Shown here one piece after another: positions 18,394 through 28,700 of a stretch of 64,000 bases of DNA (positions are counted from its first letter, which is position 1; every line of letters starts with the position of its first letter). The DNA is from an uncultured cyanobacterium (GTDB lineage: Bacteria > Cyanobacteriota > Cyanobacteriia > PCC-6307 > Cyanobiaceae). Position numbers and translations under genes: made by a program. The stretch is from NCBI GenBank assembly GCA_903856805.1, contig CAIOCZ010000072.1:1877-65876 (forward strand), written 5' to 3'. The notes beneath the pieces were generated by a model that saw only the letters and a program-made list of their open reading frames with translations, was not told where the DNA came from and did no database searches.

Positions 18394-19329
18394 CTATGGA
18401 TCGCCCTGGGCAGGCGGGTCGAGTTCAGGGGCTCCATAGCTAGCTCCCGGCAGGGGACGGCAAGCGGCCAGACCCTCAATCAACGGGTGGCGCAGGGCGG
18501 GAGCACAGGCGATCAGCCGCCCGCTGGCCAGATCCAGGGGACTGCCGTCGTAGGCACAGACCACCCCTCCGGCCTGCTCGACCAGCACCACGCCGGCCAC
18601 CAGGTCCCAGGGCGACAATCCCCGCTCCCAGTAGCCGTCCAGCTGGCCGCTGGCCACATAGGCCAGATCCACGGCGGCGGCCCCGGCGCGCCGCACCCCA
18701 TGGCTGCGGTGGGTGAACCAGGCGAACTCGGCGTAGTTGTTGTCCTGTCGTTCGATGCGGTCGTAGGCAAAGCCGGTCACCAGCAGGGCATCTGCCAGCT
18801 GTTGGCAGCGGCTTACCCGGAGCGCTTGATCATTGCGCCAGGCCCCCAGTCCGGGGGCCGCCCAGAAGAGTTCATCGAAGGCCGGTACCGCGATGGCACC
18901 GAGCAGGGGCAGAGCCTCCCAGGTGAGTCCCACGGAGGTGCCGTAAAAGGGGTACCCATGGGCGAAGTTGGTGGTGCCATCCAGGGGGTCCACCACCCAG
19001 CGCAGCGATCCTTCGCCGTCGCGTTGGCCGCCCTCCTCGGCCAGCACCGGGAACCCAGGCGTCTGCTGTTTCAACACCTCCAGAACAGCGGCCTCTGCCG
19101 CCAGATCCGCCGCGGTGACCAGATTGCCCGCACTGCCTTTCTCGCGCACCTCACCCAACTGGCCCACATGGCGACGCAGGACGGCGGCTCCGGCTTGGGC
19201 GGCCTCGCGGGCCACGGCCGCCAGGCGTTCCAGTTCAGGGCCGTCCAAGCCCGACCCCAGCAGGGCCTGATCGGAAAGCTTGGGGGCAGATCCTGGGCTC
19301 ATGGGGCGAACGGGGCTCGGTGGGGTCAC
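18394..19329 (-). CDS. inositol monophosphatase family protein (SuhB/HisN-like)
   Basis: NLVTAADLAAEAAVLEVL...LAEEGG...WVVDPLDGTTNFAHGYPFYG...AAAVDLAYVASGQLDGYWE are the IMPase metal-binding motifs. The start could instead be the ATG at 19302. Confidence 0.85.
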   Translation of the reverse strand: MTPPSPVRPMSPGSAPKLSDQALLGSGLDGPELERLAAVAREAAQAGAAVLRRHVGQLGEVREKGSAGNLVTAADLAAEAAVLEVLKQQTPGFPVLAEEGGQRDGEGSLRWVVDPLDGTTNFAHGYPFYGTSVGLTWEALPLLGAIAVPAFDELFWAAPGLGAWRNDQALRVSRCQQLADALLVTGFAYDRIERQDNNYAEFAWFTHRSHGVRRAGAAAVDLAYVASGQLDGYWERGLSPWDLVAGVVLVEQAGGVVCAYDGSPLDLASGRLIACAPALRHPLIEGLAACRPLPGASYGAPELDPPAQGDP

Positions 19330-19694
19330 TCATCCTCCAGCGGCAGGCCGGGTCGCACGGGTCCACGGCCGAAGAATTGGCCAAACTGCAGCTCATAAAC
19401 CTCGTCCTCATCCTGGGTTTCCACTTCCAGAGGACCGACGGCCCGGGCGACGCATAGCAGGCCGTAGCCGCGATCGCGCAGCTGGCGGGACAGTCCTAGG
19501 GCTTCCCGGTGATCAATCTCGCCCCCCAAGACCCGGACGGCGCAGGCTGTGCAGCAGCCATTGCGGCAGCTGAACGGCAAAGGATCACCTTGGGCTTCGA
19601 AACTACGAAGGATGTACTCCCCCTCCGGCACCTCATGGCGGATCACCCGATTCTGCTGTCGCCAGTGGATCGTGATCGGGTGGGTTCGCGTCAT
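19326..19694 (-). CDS. plant-type 2Fe-2S ferredoxin-like protein
   Basis: The start is at MTRTHPITIHW (ATG 19694). SCRNGCCTAC...LLCVA fits the C-x4-C-x2-C...C pattern. The longer track ORF (to 19922) runs antisense across the tRNA-Ser and was rejected. Confidence 0.8.
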   Translation of the reverse strand: MTRTHPITIHWRQQNRVIRHEVPEGEYILRSFEAQGDPLPFSCRNGCCTACAVRVLGGEIDHREALGLSRQLRDRGYGLLCVARAVGPLEVETQDEDEVYELQFGQFFGRGPVRPGLPLEDE

Positions 19695-19755
19695 CGGCGG
19701 AAAAGAGTGGCGAGCAAGCAGCCTGCTACATTGGCATCTGCCCCATTTAGCCCCT

Positions 19756-19842
19756 GGAGAGGTGGCCGAGTGGTCGAAGGCGCAGCACTGGAAATGCTGT
19801 ATAGGGGCAACTCTATCGAGGGTTCGAATCCCTCCCTCTCCG
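19756..19842 (+). tRNA. tRNA-Ser (anticodon GGA)
   Basis: Folded by hand. The acceptor is GGAGAGG/CCTCTCC. The anticodon stem CAGCA/TGCTG carries the loop CT-GGA-AA. The long variable arm marks a class II tRNA. The T-arm is GAGGG-TTCGAAT-CCCTC and the discriminator is G. CCA is not encoded. Confidence 0.93.
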
Positions 19843-19848
19843 TTCTTC

Positions 19849-19873
19849 ACCGGCCTTAAGCCGGTTTTTTTTT
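19849..19873 (+). terminator. rho-independent terminator after tRNA-Ser
   Basis: ACCGGC-CTTAA-GCCGGT is followed by a run of 9 T. Confidence 0.8.
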
Positions 19874-20001
19874 GGAGAGCTCCAACAACACTGGATACGA
19901 CAAAGTACGCCCAGGCGGACACAGGTCTGTGTAGGCGTGGATGCGGGAGAGGCGAGGTGTTGAAGCTGAACCTCTCCCCGTTATCGGAGTGAACTCAGGG
20001 C

Positions 20002-20817
20002 TCAGCCGAAACGACCACTGACGTAATCAAGAGTCGCCTGCTGATCGGGAGAGTTGAAAATCCTTTCGGTTTCACTGAACTCCACGAGGTAACCCACCTT
20101 TCCAGTGCCACCATCGACGGCTTCGGCATTGAAAAACGCGGTCATGTCGGCCACCCGTACCGCCTGCTGCATGTTGTGCGTCACGATGATGATCGTGTAA
20201 CTACGCTTCAGCTCATGCATGGTTTCTTCCACTTTTAAAGTGGAAATCGGGTCGAGGGCTGAGCAGGGCTCATCCATCAGGATCACCTCCGGCTCCGTCG
20301 CGATGGCACGGGCAATGCAAAGGCGCTGCTGCTGGCCACCGGAGAGGGCAAAGCCGCTCTCTTGGAGTTTGTCTTTGCATTCATCCCACACCGCTGCCTT
20401 GCGAAGGGAACGCTCGACCAACTCATCCATGTCCCCCTTGAAACCGTTGATACGAGCCCCGAAGGCAATGTTTTCGTAAATCGTTTTGGGGAAAGGGTTC
20501 GGCTTTTGAAACACCATGCCGATGCGACGGCGCACCTCAACGGGATCAATACGTCGGTCATAAAGGTCCTGGCCGTCAAAAACGACACGGCCCTTGAGTG
20601 TGCAGCCAGGAATCAGATCGTTCATCCGATTCAGGGACCGCAATACGGTGCTCTTTCCACACCCTGACGGACCAATAAATGCGGTTACTTTACCCCGTGG
20701 TAACTCCATGAAGACATTCTTGACAGCCTCAAACTTTCCATAGGAAATTGTCACATTTTGCAGTGACATGCAAACATCGTTGGCCGTGGTTGCAGGTGCG
20801 GACAGCGTGGATGTCAT
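20002..20817 (-). CDS. pstB: phosphate ABC transporter ATP-binding protein
   Basis: [28 protein letters not shown]...[22 protein letters not shown]...[16 protein letters not shown]...[12 protein letters not shown] is a diagnostic PstB sequence. The start is ATG 20817 (MTSTLSAP) or the track start at 20862. Confidence 0.95.
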   Translation of the reverse strand: MTSTLSAPATTANDVCMSLQNVTISYGKFEAVKNVFMELPRGKVTAFIGPSGCGKSTVLRSLNRMNDLIPGCTLKGRVVFDGQDLYDRRIDPVEVRRRIGMVFQKPNPFPKTIYENIAFGARINGFKGDMDELVERSLRKAAVWDECKDKLQESGFALSGGQQQRLCIARAIATEPEVILMDEPCSALDPISTLKVEETMHELKRSYTIIIVTHNMQQAVRVADMTAFFNAEAVDGGTGKVGYLVEFSETERIFNSPDQQATLDYVSGRFG

Positions 20818-20903
20818 GACTGAAATGAGAGAATAGGTAAGGGTTGAAAGTTTAAGGAGCAAGAGAGGTGCTATCTGGCATGGGATGGCCAGTTATCAAA
20901 AGG

Positions 20904-21806
20904 TTACTTCTTTGTCATGCGGCTGATCCAGCGAGCCAGAAGATTGGCCCCAAGAATCATAATCACAAGAACGAAGGAAGCCGCCCATGCTAGTTCATTC
21001 TGCGCTTCATAGGGCATGATCGCAAAATTAAAGATCAGCACCGACATCGTGGCGATGGGATTTAACAATCCCTCCGGCCAGAAGGGGGAAAAGAGAGCGG
21101 TGAAGATCAGCGGTGCAGTTTCCCCTGCGGCCCTGGCGATCGCCAGCACGACCCCGGTGGCAATGGGGGTGAAGGCGGAGGGCAGGGTGATCCGGGTGAT
21201 GGTGACAAAACGGGACGCCCCGATGCCATAGGCGCCAAGCCGGAGATCATTCGGGACCAATTTCAGCCCTTCATCGGTGGTCTTGATCACCGTGGGAAGC
21301 ATCAGCACCGAAAGGGCAATGCCACCGGCTAAGGCGCTATAGCTTTGGCCGGCGAACAGGCGGGTGGCCACGATCAGTCCATAGACGAAAACCCCGCTGA
21401 TGATGGAGGGAACCCCTGCCAGAACGTCGTTGCCAAAGCGTACGAACTGGGCAAACCAACCCTTGGAGGAATACTCCGCGAGGTAGATGCCACCGCCAAC
21501 TCCTACGGGAAGGGCAATTAAGGAGGCGATCAGGGTCACCACGATGGTTCCCACGATGGCATTGCCGATCCCGCCCCCTTCCAGTCCGGGAGCTGGTGGA
21601 AGATCGGTGAACAGACGCACGCTGATCAACCGCCCTCCCTGGACCAGCACATAGAACAGAACTAGCACCAGAGGAAGCACCGCAATGGCGGCAAAAACGG
21701 CGGCTAGTCCGGTGAAGAAGGTGTTGCCACGGTTGCGGGAGAGGCCGGAATCAAAGAAGAGCGGACGCCGTTCGAACAGTGATTGGGGACTACCTGATGT
21801 CGTCAT
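20904..21806 (-). CDS. pstA: phosphate ABC transporter permease PstA
   Basis: A 300-aa protein with 6 TM helices. The EAA-like loop is GASRFVTITRITLPSAFTPIATGVVLAIARAAGETAPL. Confidence 0.9.
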   Translation of the reverse strand: MTTSGSPQSLFERRPLFFDSGLSRNRGNTFFTGLAAVFAAIAVLPLVLVLFYVLVQGGRLISVRLFTDLPPAPGLEGGGIGNAIVGTIVVTLIASLIALPVGVGGGIYLAEYSSKGWFAQFVRFGNDVLAGVPSIISGVFVYGLIVATRLFAGQSYSALAGGIALSVLMLPTVIKTTDEGLKLVPNDLRLGAYGIGASRFVTITRITLPSAFTPIATGVVLAIARAAGETAPLIFTALFSPFWPEGLLNPIATMSVLIFNFAIMPYEAQNELAWAASFVLVIMILGANLLARWISRMTKK

Positions 21807-21842
21807 GGGGAGAGGAGGGATGGGGAGGCTGTTCGAAGGCGT

Positions 21843-22808
21843 TCAATAACGGAGGCTCAGTCGGCGCACGACCCATTGCGCCAAGACGTTGACCGAGAAG
21901 GTGAGCAACATCAGGATCAGGGCGGCATACATCAGGGCCGAAACCTGGATCCCATCCGCTTCGCCGAATTGGTTGGCCAGCATGGAGGCGATGGTGTTGC
22001 CTGGAGCCAGCAACGAAGGGCTGAAATTAAGTGCGTTACCGATAATCATCGTCACGGCCATTGTTTCTCCCATGGCCCGTCCTAGGGCGAGCATCACGCC
22101 TCCCATGATCGACGAAATCGCTGCTGGAAGAATAATGTTCAGGATTGCTCCCCAGCGGGTGGTTCCGATGCCATAGGCCCCTTGGCGCAACTCCACCGGC
22201 ACCTGGTTCAGGGCATCCCGGGCAATCGCGGTGATGATCGGTAATACCATCACCACCAGAATCAGTACTGCTGGTGCGGTCCCGGGCCCCTGGGGGACGG
22301 TTCCAAAAAATGGGGTCCAGCCCAAGAGGGTGTGCAACAGCTGGAGAACCGGACGGATGGCGGGCTCCATCACGAAGATCGCCCAAAGGCCAAGCACCAC
22401 CGAAGGGATGGCGGCCAACAGTTCAACCATCAGACCGATCGCCTCACGGAGGGCCGAGGGGATCAGGTCTTCGGTGATGAAGATGGCCGTTCCGACTCCG
22501 AGGGGAACGGCCAGCAGCAGGGCCAGAAGCGAGGTGACCAGGGTGCCGTAGATAGCAGTGAAGGCGCCGTACTCCTCCTTCACCGGGTTCCAGGCGGAAC
22601 TGGTCAAAAACGTTAGGCCGAATTGACCCATGGCCTCGCGCCCACCTTGAAACACGGTGATGAAGATGGCCAGCAACACAATGGCCACCATCGCCGCAAG
22701 GCAGAGGGTGAGTTGGCGAAAGCCGAGATCGACCCACTTCTCCGCCGCGGGTCGGCGGCGGAGGGTGAACATCTCCTCCCGCGCTGCTGTGGTCATACTC
22801 GGCGGCAT
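21843..22808 (-). CDS. pstC: phosphate ABC transporter permease PstC
   Basis: YGIGTTRWGAILNIILPAAISSIMGGVMLALGRAMGETMAV is the PstC signature. I prefer the start at ATG 22808 (MPPSMTTAARE), giving 321 aa. The track ORF extends to 22907. Confidence 0.9.
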   Translation of the reverse strand: MPPSMTTAAREEMFTLRRRPAAEKWVDLGFRQLTLCLAAMVAIVLLAIFITVFQGGREAMGQFGLTFLTSSAWNPVKEEYGAFTAIYGTLVTSLLALLLAVPLGVGTAIFITEDLIPSALREAIGLMVELLAAIPSVVLGLWAIFVMEPAIRPVLQLLHTLLGWTPFFGTVPQGPGTAPAVLILVVMVLPIITAIARDALNQVPVELRQGAYGIGTTRWGAILNIILPAAISSIMGGVMLALGRAMGETMAVTMIIGNALNFSPSLLAPGNTIASMLANQFGEADGIQVSALMYAALILMLLTFSVNVLAQWVVRRLSLRY

Positions 22809-22920
22809 CCGGGGAGTAGGTGGGGAAGGATCCCGTTGAACAGAGGTCTGGAGAATCCCAGAGAGTGTTCTTGGGGAATTGTTGATCTGGTGAAATCTAG
22901 ACACCACCAGGCCTTTCCTC

Positions 22921-22940
22921 GGTTAAGCTCCGTTTAACGC
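22921..22940. promoter_or_regulatory. weak candidate Pho-box-like direct repeat upstream of pstC
   Basis: GGTTAAGCTCCGTTTAACGC contains two TTAA cores exactly 11 bp apart (22923 and 22934). Cyanobacterial Pho boxes are described as PyTTAAPyPy(T/A) units at 11-bp periodicity. Only two imperfect units are visible here. Confidence 0.25.
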
Positions 22941-22981
22941 TGGAGCGGTCCCGGTAGCGTTGGGCCATCACGCACAAGTTC

Positions 22982-25360
<2,379 letters not shown>

Positions 25361-25365
25361 CCGCC

Positions 25366-26346
25366 GTGAACCGCCCCCCCAGCGCCGAGTCCCGGGTCCC
25401 TGCTGTGCCCGACCACTGGCAGGTTCTTGGTCTGCAGCCCGGAGCCGATGCCACGGCCCTGAAGCAGGCCTTTCGTAAGCAGGCGCGACGCTGGCATCCC
25501 GATCTCAATGGCAACGATCCGGTCGCCGAGGAGCGGTTCAAGCTGGTCAATGAGGCCTATGCCGTTCTCTCGGACCCGCTGCGGCGACGAGCTTGGGAAG
25601 GGGGCGATGACGGCGCCGACCACTCCGAACCCACCGATGCCGATCCGTTTGCTAGTGGCTTTCCCACCTTTTCAAGCTATCTCGATGCGGTGTTCGGTCG
25701 ACGGCGTTCTGCGGGACCAAGCCGAGACGATGAGCCCCCGCTCGACCAGAACTTCGAGGCAACCCCCGACCCGGAGCCGGTTCCCGTTGGCGGCGTCACC
25801 ACCACCGCACCACCGCCGCCGCCGCCCGTGCGGGCCCTGGCGGCCACCGAATCCCTCGTTGCCCTCAGCCCAGACCAGGCCTTGGTGGGTGAACGGGTCG
25901 AAGTGGCCTTGGACGATGGCACCATCGTGGAGGTTTGGACGCCGCCCCTCGCTGGAGATGGTTGGAGGCTGCGGCTCGCGGGCTTGGCCCCCGGAGGCCT
26001 GGACCACTTCCTGCAGCTGCAGGTCCGCACCGCCGAGGGGCTGCGCATCGATGGCCTCCGCGTGCTGTATCAATTGGAGCTGGCTCCTGCTGACGCGGCC
26101 CTCGGCTGTCAAGTGGCCGTTCCCACCCTGGAGGGGCCCGTTCGGCTCCGGGTGCCGCCGGGAAGTTCCAGTGGTCGGATGTTGCGGTTACGCGGTCGGG
26201 GGTTGGCCCGTGGCGCTCAGGTGGGGGATCAGCTGGTGGAAATCCGGGTCGTGGTGCCGGCCAGCCTGAGTGAAGCAGAGCAGGCTCTCTACGGCCGGTT
26301 GAGGGAGCTGGAGCTCGAGCAACAGGCGGCAGCCGAGTCCGCCTGA
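25366..26346 (+). CDS. dnaJ: J-domain co-chaperone (DnaJ3-like, with no zinc-finger or G/F region)
   Basis: DHWQVLGLQPGADATALKQAFRKQARRWHPDLNGNDPVAEERFKLVNEAYAVLSD carries the HPD motif. It is followed by a Pro-rich linker and a DnaJ C-terminal-domain-like region (GQLVEIRVVVP). The start is GTG. Confidence 0.88.
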   Translation: MNRPPSAESRVPAVPDHWQVLGLQPGADATALKQAFRKQARRWHPDLNGNDPVAEERFKLVNEAYAVLSDPLRRRAWEGGDDGADHSEPTDADPFASGFPTFSSYLDAVFGRRRSAGPSRDDEPPLDQNFEATPDPEPVPVGGVTTTAPPPPPPVRALAATESLVALSPDQALVGERVEVALDDGTIVEVWTPPLAGDGWRLRLAGLAPGGLDHFLQLQVRTAEGLRIDGLRVLYQLELAPADAALGCQVAVPTLEGPVRLRVPPGSSSGRMLRLRGRGLARGAQVGDQLVEIRVVVPASLSEAEQALYGRLRELELEQQAAAESA

Positions 26347-26415
26347 AGACCACGAACCATCGCATCGCTCCTCGCTCAGGGGTCCGGGCCAGATGAGACA
26401 CTGTCGCTAGCGACC

Positions 26416-26850
26416 GTGAGGCCGACCGTGACACGCATCAAGCCCGTGCACGTGCTCCTGTTCGATGCCGGCAGTGACCAGGAGGGCATCCACTCCCTGG
26501 AACTCAATGGCCGCACGGTGGTGCTGCTCTTTGAAGACCCCGACGATGCCGAGCGTTATGCAGGCTTGCTCGAGGCCCAGGACTTTCCCATCCCCTCTGT
26601 CGAGGCCCTCGACCAGGAGGAAATGGAACTGTTCTGCAGTCAGGCTGGCTATGAAGCCCGGTTTGTTCCCGCCGGTTTCCTGCCCAGGAGCGAGGAAGAT
26701 CGCCTGCTGATTGCGCCCCCAGAACGCAACATGGACGTGACGGGCTGGAAGGAGCAGGTCGCAGCCAGCGATCCCGCCGGCGAAGAACGGTCAACAACGA
26801 CCGACCCTGAACTTGAGGCCTTTCGCCGCAGCCTGGAGGGTTTGCTATGA
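26416..26850 (+). CDS. DUF3110-like conserved cyanobacterial protein (family recalled from memory)
   Basis: VHVLLFDAGSDQEGIHSLELNGRTVVLLFEDPDDAERYAGLLEAQDFP. The stop overlaps the murQ start (ATGA). Confidence 0.6.
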   Translation: MRPTVTRIKPVHVLLFDAGSDQEGIHSLELNGRTVVLLFEDPDDAERYAGLLEAQDFPIPSVEALDQEEMELFCSQAGYEARFVPAGFLPRSEEDRLLIAPPERNMDVTGWKEQVAASDPAGEERSTTTDPELEAFRRSLEGLL

Positions 26851-27803
26851 GCCCCGTCAACGGTGATCGTGGCCATCTGCTCACGGAACAGGCCAATCCA
26901 GCCAGTGAGCGCCTCGATGAGCTGGCCACTCCGGAACTCATCGCCCTGTTCTGCGCCAATGACCTTGCGCCCCAGCAGGCGGTGGCGGCGGCGGCGCCCA
27001 TGTTGGCCGCAGCGGTGGAAGCCATCGCCGATCGTCTGGGGCGCGGCGGCCGCCTCTTTTACTTGGGGGCCGGGACGTCCGGTCGGCTTGGGGTGCTTGA
27101 TGCAGCGGAATGCCCCCCCACGTTCTGCACCCCCCCGGAGCTGGTGCAAGGGGTGCTCGCTGGGGGGCCGGCGGCCCTGTTGCGCAGTTCCGAAGGCCTC
27201 GAAGATCTAGCGGAAGCCGGGGTCAGCGATCTCCAGGCGCGGGGTTTTGGATCCCAGGACTGCCTGGTGGGGATCGCCGCCGGAGGGACCACGCCCTATG
27301 TCCTTGGGGGATTGCGCCATGCCAAGGACTTGGGCGCCTTGGCGATCGCCCTGGCCTGCGTTCCCGCCGACCAGGCTCCCATGCCCTGTGATCTTGATAT
27401 TCGTCTGCTCACCGGACCGGAACTGGTGACCGGATCCACCCGCTTGAAGGCCGGCACCGCCACCAAGATGGCCCTCAATATTCTCTCGACCGCCGTGATG
27501 GTGCGGTTGGGCAAGGTGTACGGCAACCGCATGGTGGATGTGGCGGTCACCAACAGCAAGCTGGAGGACCGCGCCCTGCGAATCCTGCGGGATCTGGCGG
27601 GCGTTCCCCGGGAGGAGGCCAGTGGGCTGCTCCAACGGGCGGGGGGATCGGTGAAGTTGGCCCTGCTGATGGCCAAAGCGGATCTGGATGCCGACGCGGC
27701 CCGTCACCATCTTGACCGCCATGGACCGTCGCTTCGGGCCGCGCTCGCCGCGGCAACCCTCGACGGGGCCCAAGGTGGAGCAGCACTGAGCCTTGAAGAA
27801 TAG
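26847..27803 (+). CDS. murQ: N-acetylmuramic acid 6-phosphate etherase
   Basis: TEQANPASERLDELAT...GGRLFYLGAGTSGRLGVLDAAECPPTF...GSTRLKAGTATKMALN is a SIS-domain MurQ signature. Confidence 0.9.
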   Translation: MSPVNGDRGHLLTEQANPASERLDELATPELIALFCANDLAPQQAVAAAAPMLAAAVEAIADRLGRGGRLFYLGAGTSGRLGVLDAAECPPTFCTPPELVQGVLAGGPAALLRSSEGLEDLAEAGVSDLQARGFGSQDCLVGIAAGGTTPYVLGGLRHAKDLGALAIALACVPADQAPMPCDLDIRLLTGPELVTGSTRLKAGTATKMALNILSTAVMVRLGKVYGNRMVDVAVTNSKLEDRALRILRDLAGVPREEASGLLQRAGGSVKLALLMAKADLDADAARHHLDRHGPSLRAALAAATLDGAQGGAALSLEE

Positions 27804-27824
27804 GCCAAGCCGCAATCAATTCAT

Positions 27825-27849
27825 AAAAAAGCCCCTGCTGGGCAGGGGC
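27825..27849 (-). terminator. rho-independent terminator for the rbp gene (hairpin also faces murQ)
   Basis: GCCCCTGC-TGG-GCAGGGGC has an A6 run on the plus-strand 5' side, which is T6 after the hairpin on the minus strand. Confidence 0.7.
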
Positions 27850-27933
27850 AGAGAACTGATTGCGGTTGTCTAGCCCTAATGGGCAAGGTTTTGGGTTAAA
27901 CCCGACGCCGTTGGGGATGAATCCCGAACGGGA

Positions 27934-28290
27934 TCAGTAGCCACCACGGCCACGGCCGCCGCCGCCGCCGCCATAGCCGCCGCCACCGCCGAAGCTGCCG
28001 CCGCCGCCACCGCCGTAGCCACCACGGCCGCCACCGCCACCGCCACCGGTGCGGGGTTCGGCTTTGTTCACCCGAATGGCCCGACCCATCCACTCCACAT
28101 TCTGGAGGTCATCAATCGCTTTCGTCTCGTCTGCTTCGCTGCTCATCTCCACAAAAGCAAAACCACGCTTACGACCGGTTTCGCGGTCGGTGGGCAGGCT
28201 GCACTTGCTCACCTGGCCATACTGGCTGAAAAGATCCTGGACATCTTGCTCTTCGGCATCGAAGGAAAGATTGCCCACGTAAATAGTCAT
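27934..28290 (-). CDS. RRM-type RNA-binding protein with a glycine-rich C-terminus
   Basis: MTIYVGNLSFDAEEQDVQDLFSQYGQVSKCSLPTDRETGRKRGFAFVEM holds RNP2 (IYVGNL) and RNP1 (RGFAFVEM). The C-terminus is GGGGGGRGGYGGGGGG, encoded by the GGN simple repeat at about 27940-28060. Confidence 0.92.
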   Translation of the reverse strand: MTIYVGNLSFDAEEQDVQDLFSQYGQVSKCSLPTDRETGRKRGFAFVEMSSEADETKAIDDLQNVEWMGRAIRVNKAEPRTGGGGGGGRGGYGGGGGGSFGGGGGYGGGGGGRGRGGY

Positions 28291-28512
28291 GAACCGAAAA
28301 AAATGGAAAAATGTAACTGATCCGCTGACGGCCCTGAAGAAAGTTGCTGGCCTTGGAGGGGAAAGAACTCGCTGAAGAGAAATCTTTGAATCTCATAAAC
28401 CTTATCACGGTGGACGGTTGCATTGGCGTCACCCGGGACCGCAGGCCTGCATCAAAAACGCGGCAGCGGTCGGGCTGGGATTAGAGAGGCGTGGTCCCCG
28501 CGTCCAGACCCC

Positions 28513-28680
28513 ATGTCGAAATCCCAGCTGCAGGCCTTTGTGATCAGGATGGAAGCCGATCCAGCCCTGCGTGCCCAGGTGGAAGCGGCTAGTGACGATG
28601 CGGCAGCGGTGGTGGCCCTTGCCCAGAGCGAAGGCCATCTGTTTTCTCCCGCCACCTGGACCCGCCACCTTCGCGGCTGA
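28513..28680 (+). CDS. small Nif11-domain-like protein (55 aa)
   Basis: MSKSQLQAFVIRMEADPALRAQVEAASDDAAAVVALAQSEGHLFSPATW resembles the Nif11 / Nif11-like leader domain consensus (MS.EQLKAFL.K...D..L...L.AA.D.....A.A...G). The start is ATG 28513, inside the longer track ORF from 28423. Confidence 0.6.
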   Translation: MSKSQLQAFVIRMEADPALRAQVEAASDDAAAVVALAQSEGHLFSPATWTRHLRG

Positions 28681-28700
28681 GGGCTTCGACCTGGAGGCTC

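Noticed and set aside
19695-19922. N-terminal extension of the ferredoxin ORF (track ORF 19326..19922)
   Set aside because: The extension runs antisense through the tRNA-Ser gene and its terminator. The ferredoxin domain begins at the internal ATG at 19694.
19945-19978. 8-bp inverted repeat GGGAGAGG...CCTCTCCC downstream of pstB, considered as a terminator
   Set aside because: There is no U-run after the hairpin on either strand, so I do not call a terminator. It may still be a weak processing or pause structure.
27940-28060. GCC/GCCACC simple-sequence repeat, considered as a possible VNTR or CRISPR-like array
   Set aside because: It is the coding sequence for the glycine-rich (GGGGRGGYGG) tail of the RRM RNA-binding protein. 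It has no spacer-repeat organisation.
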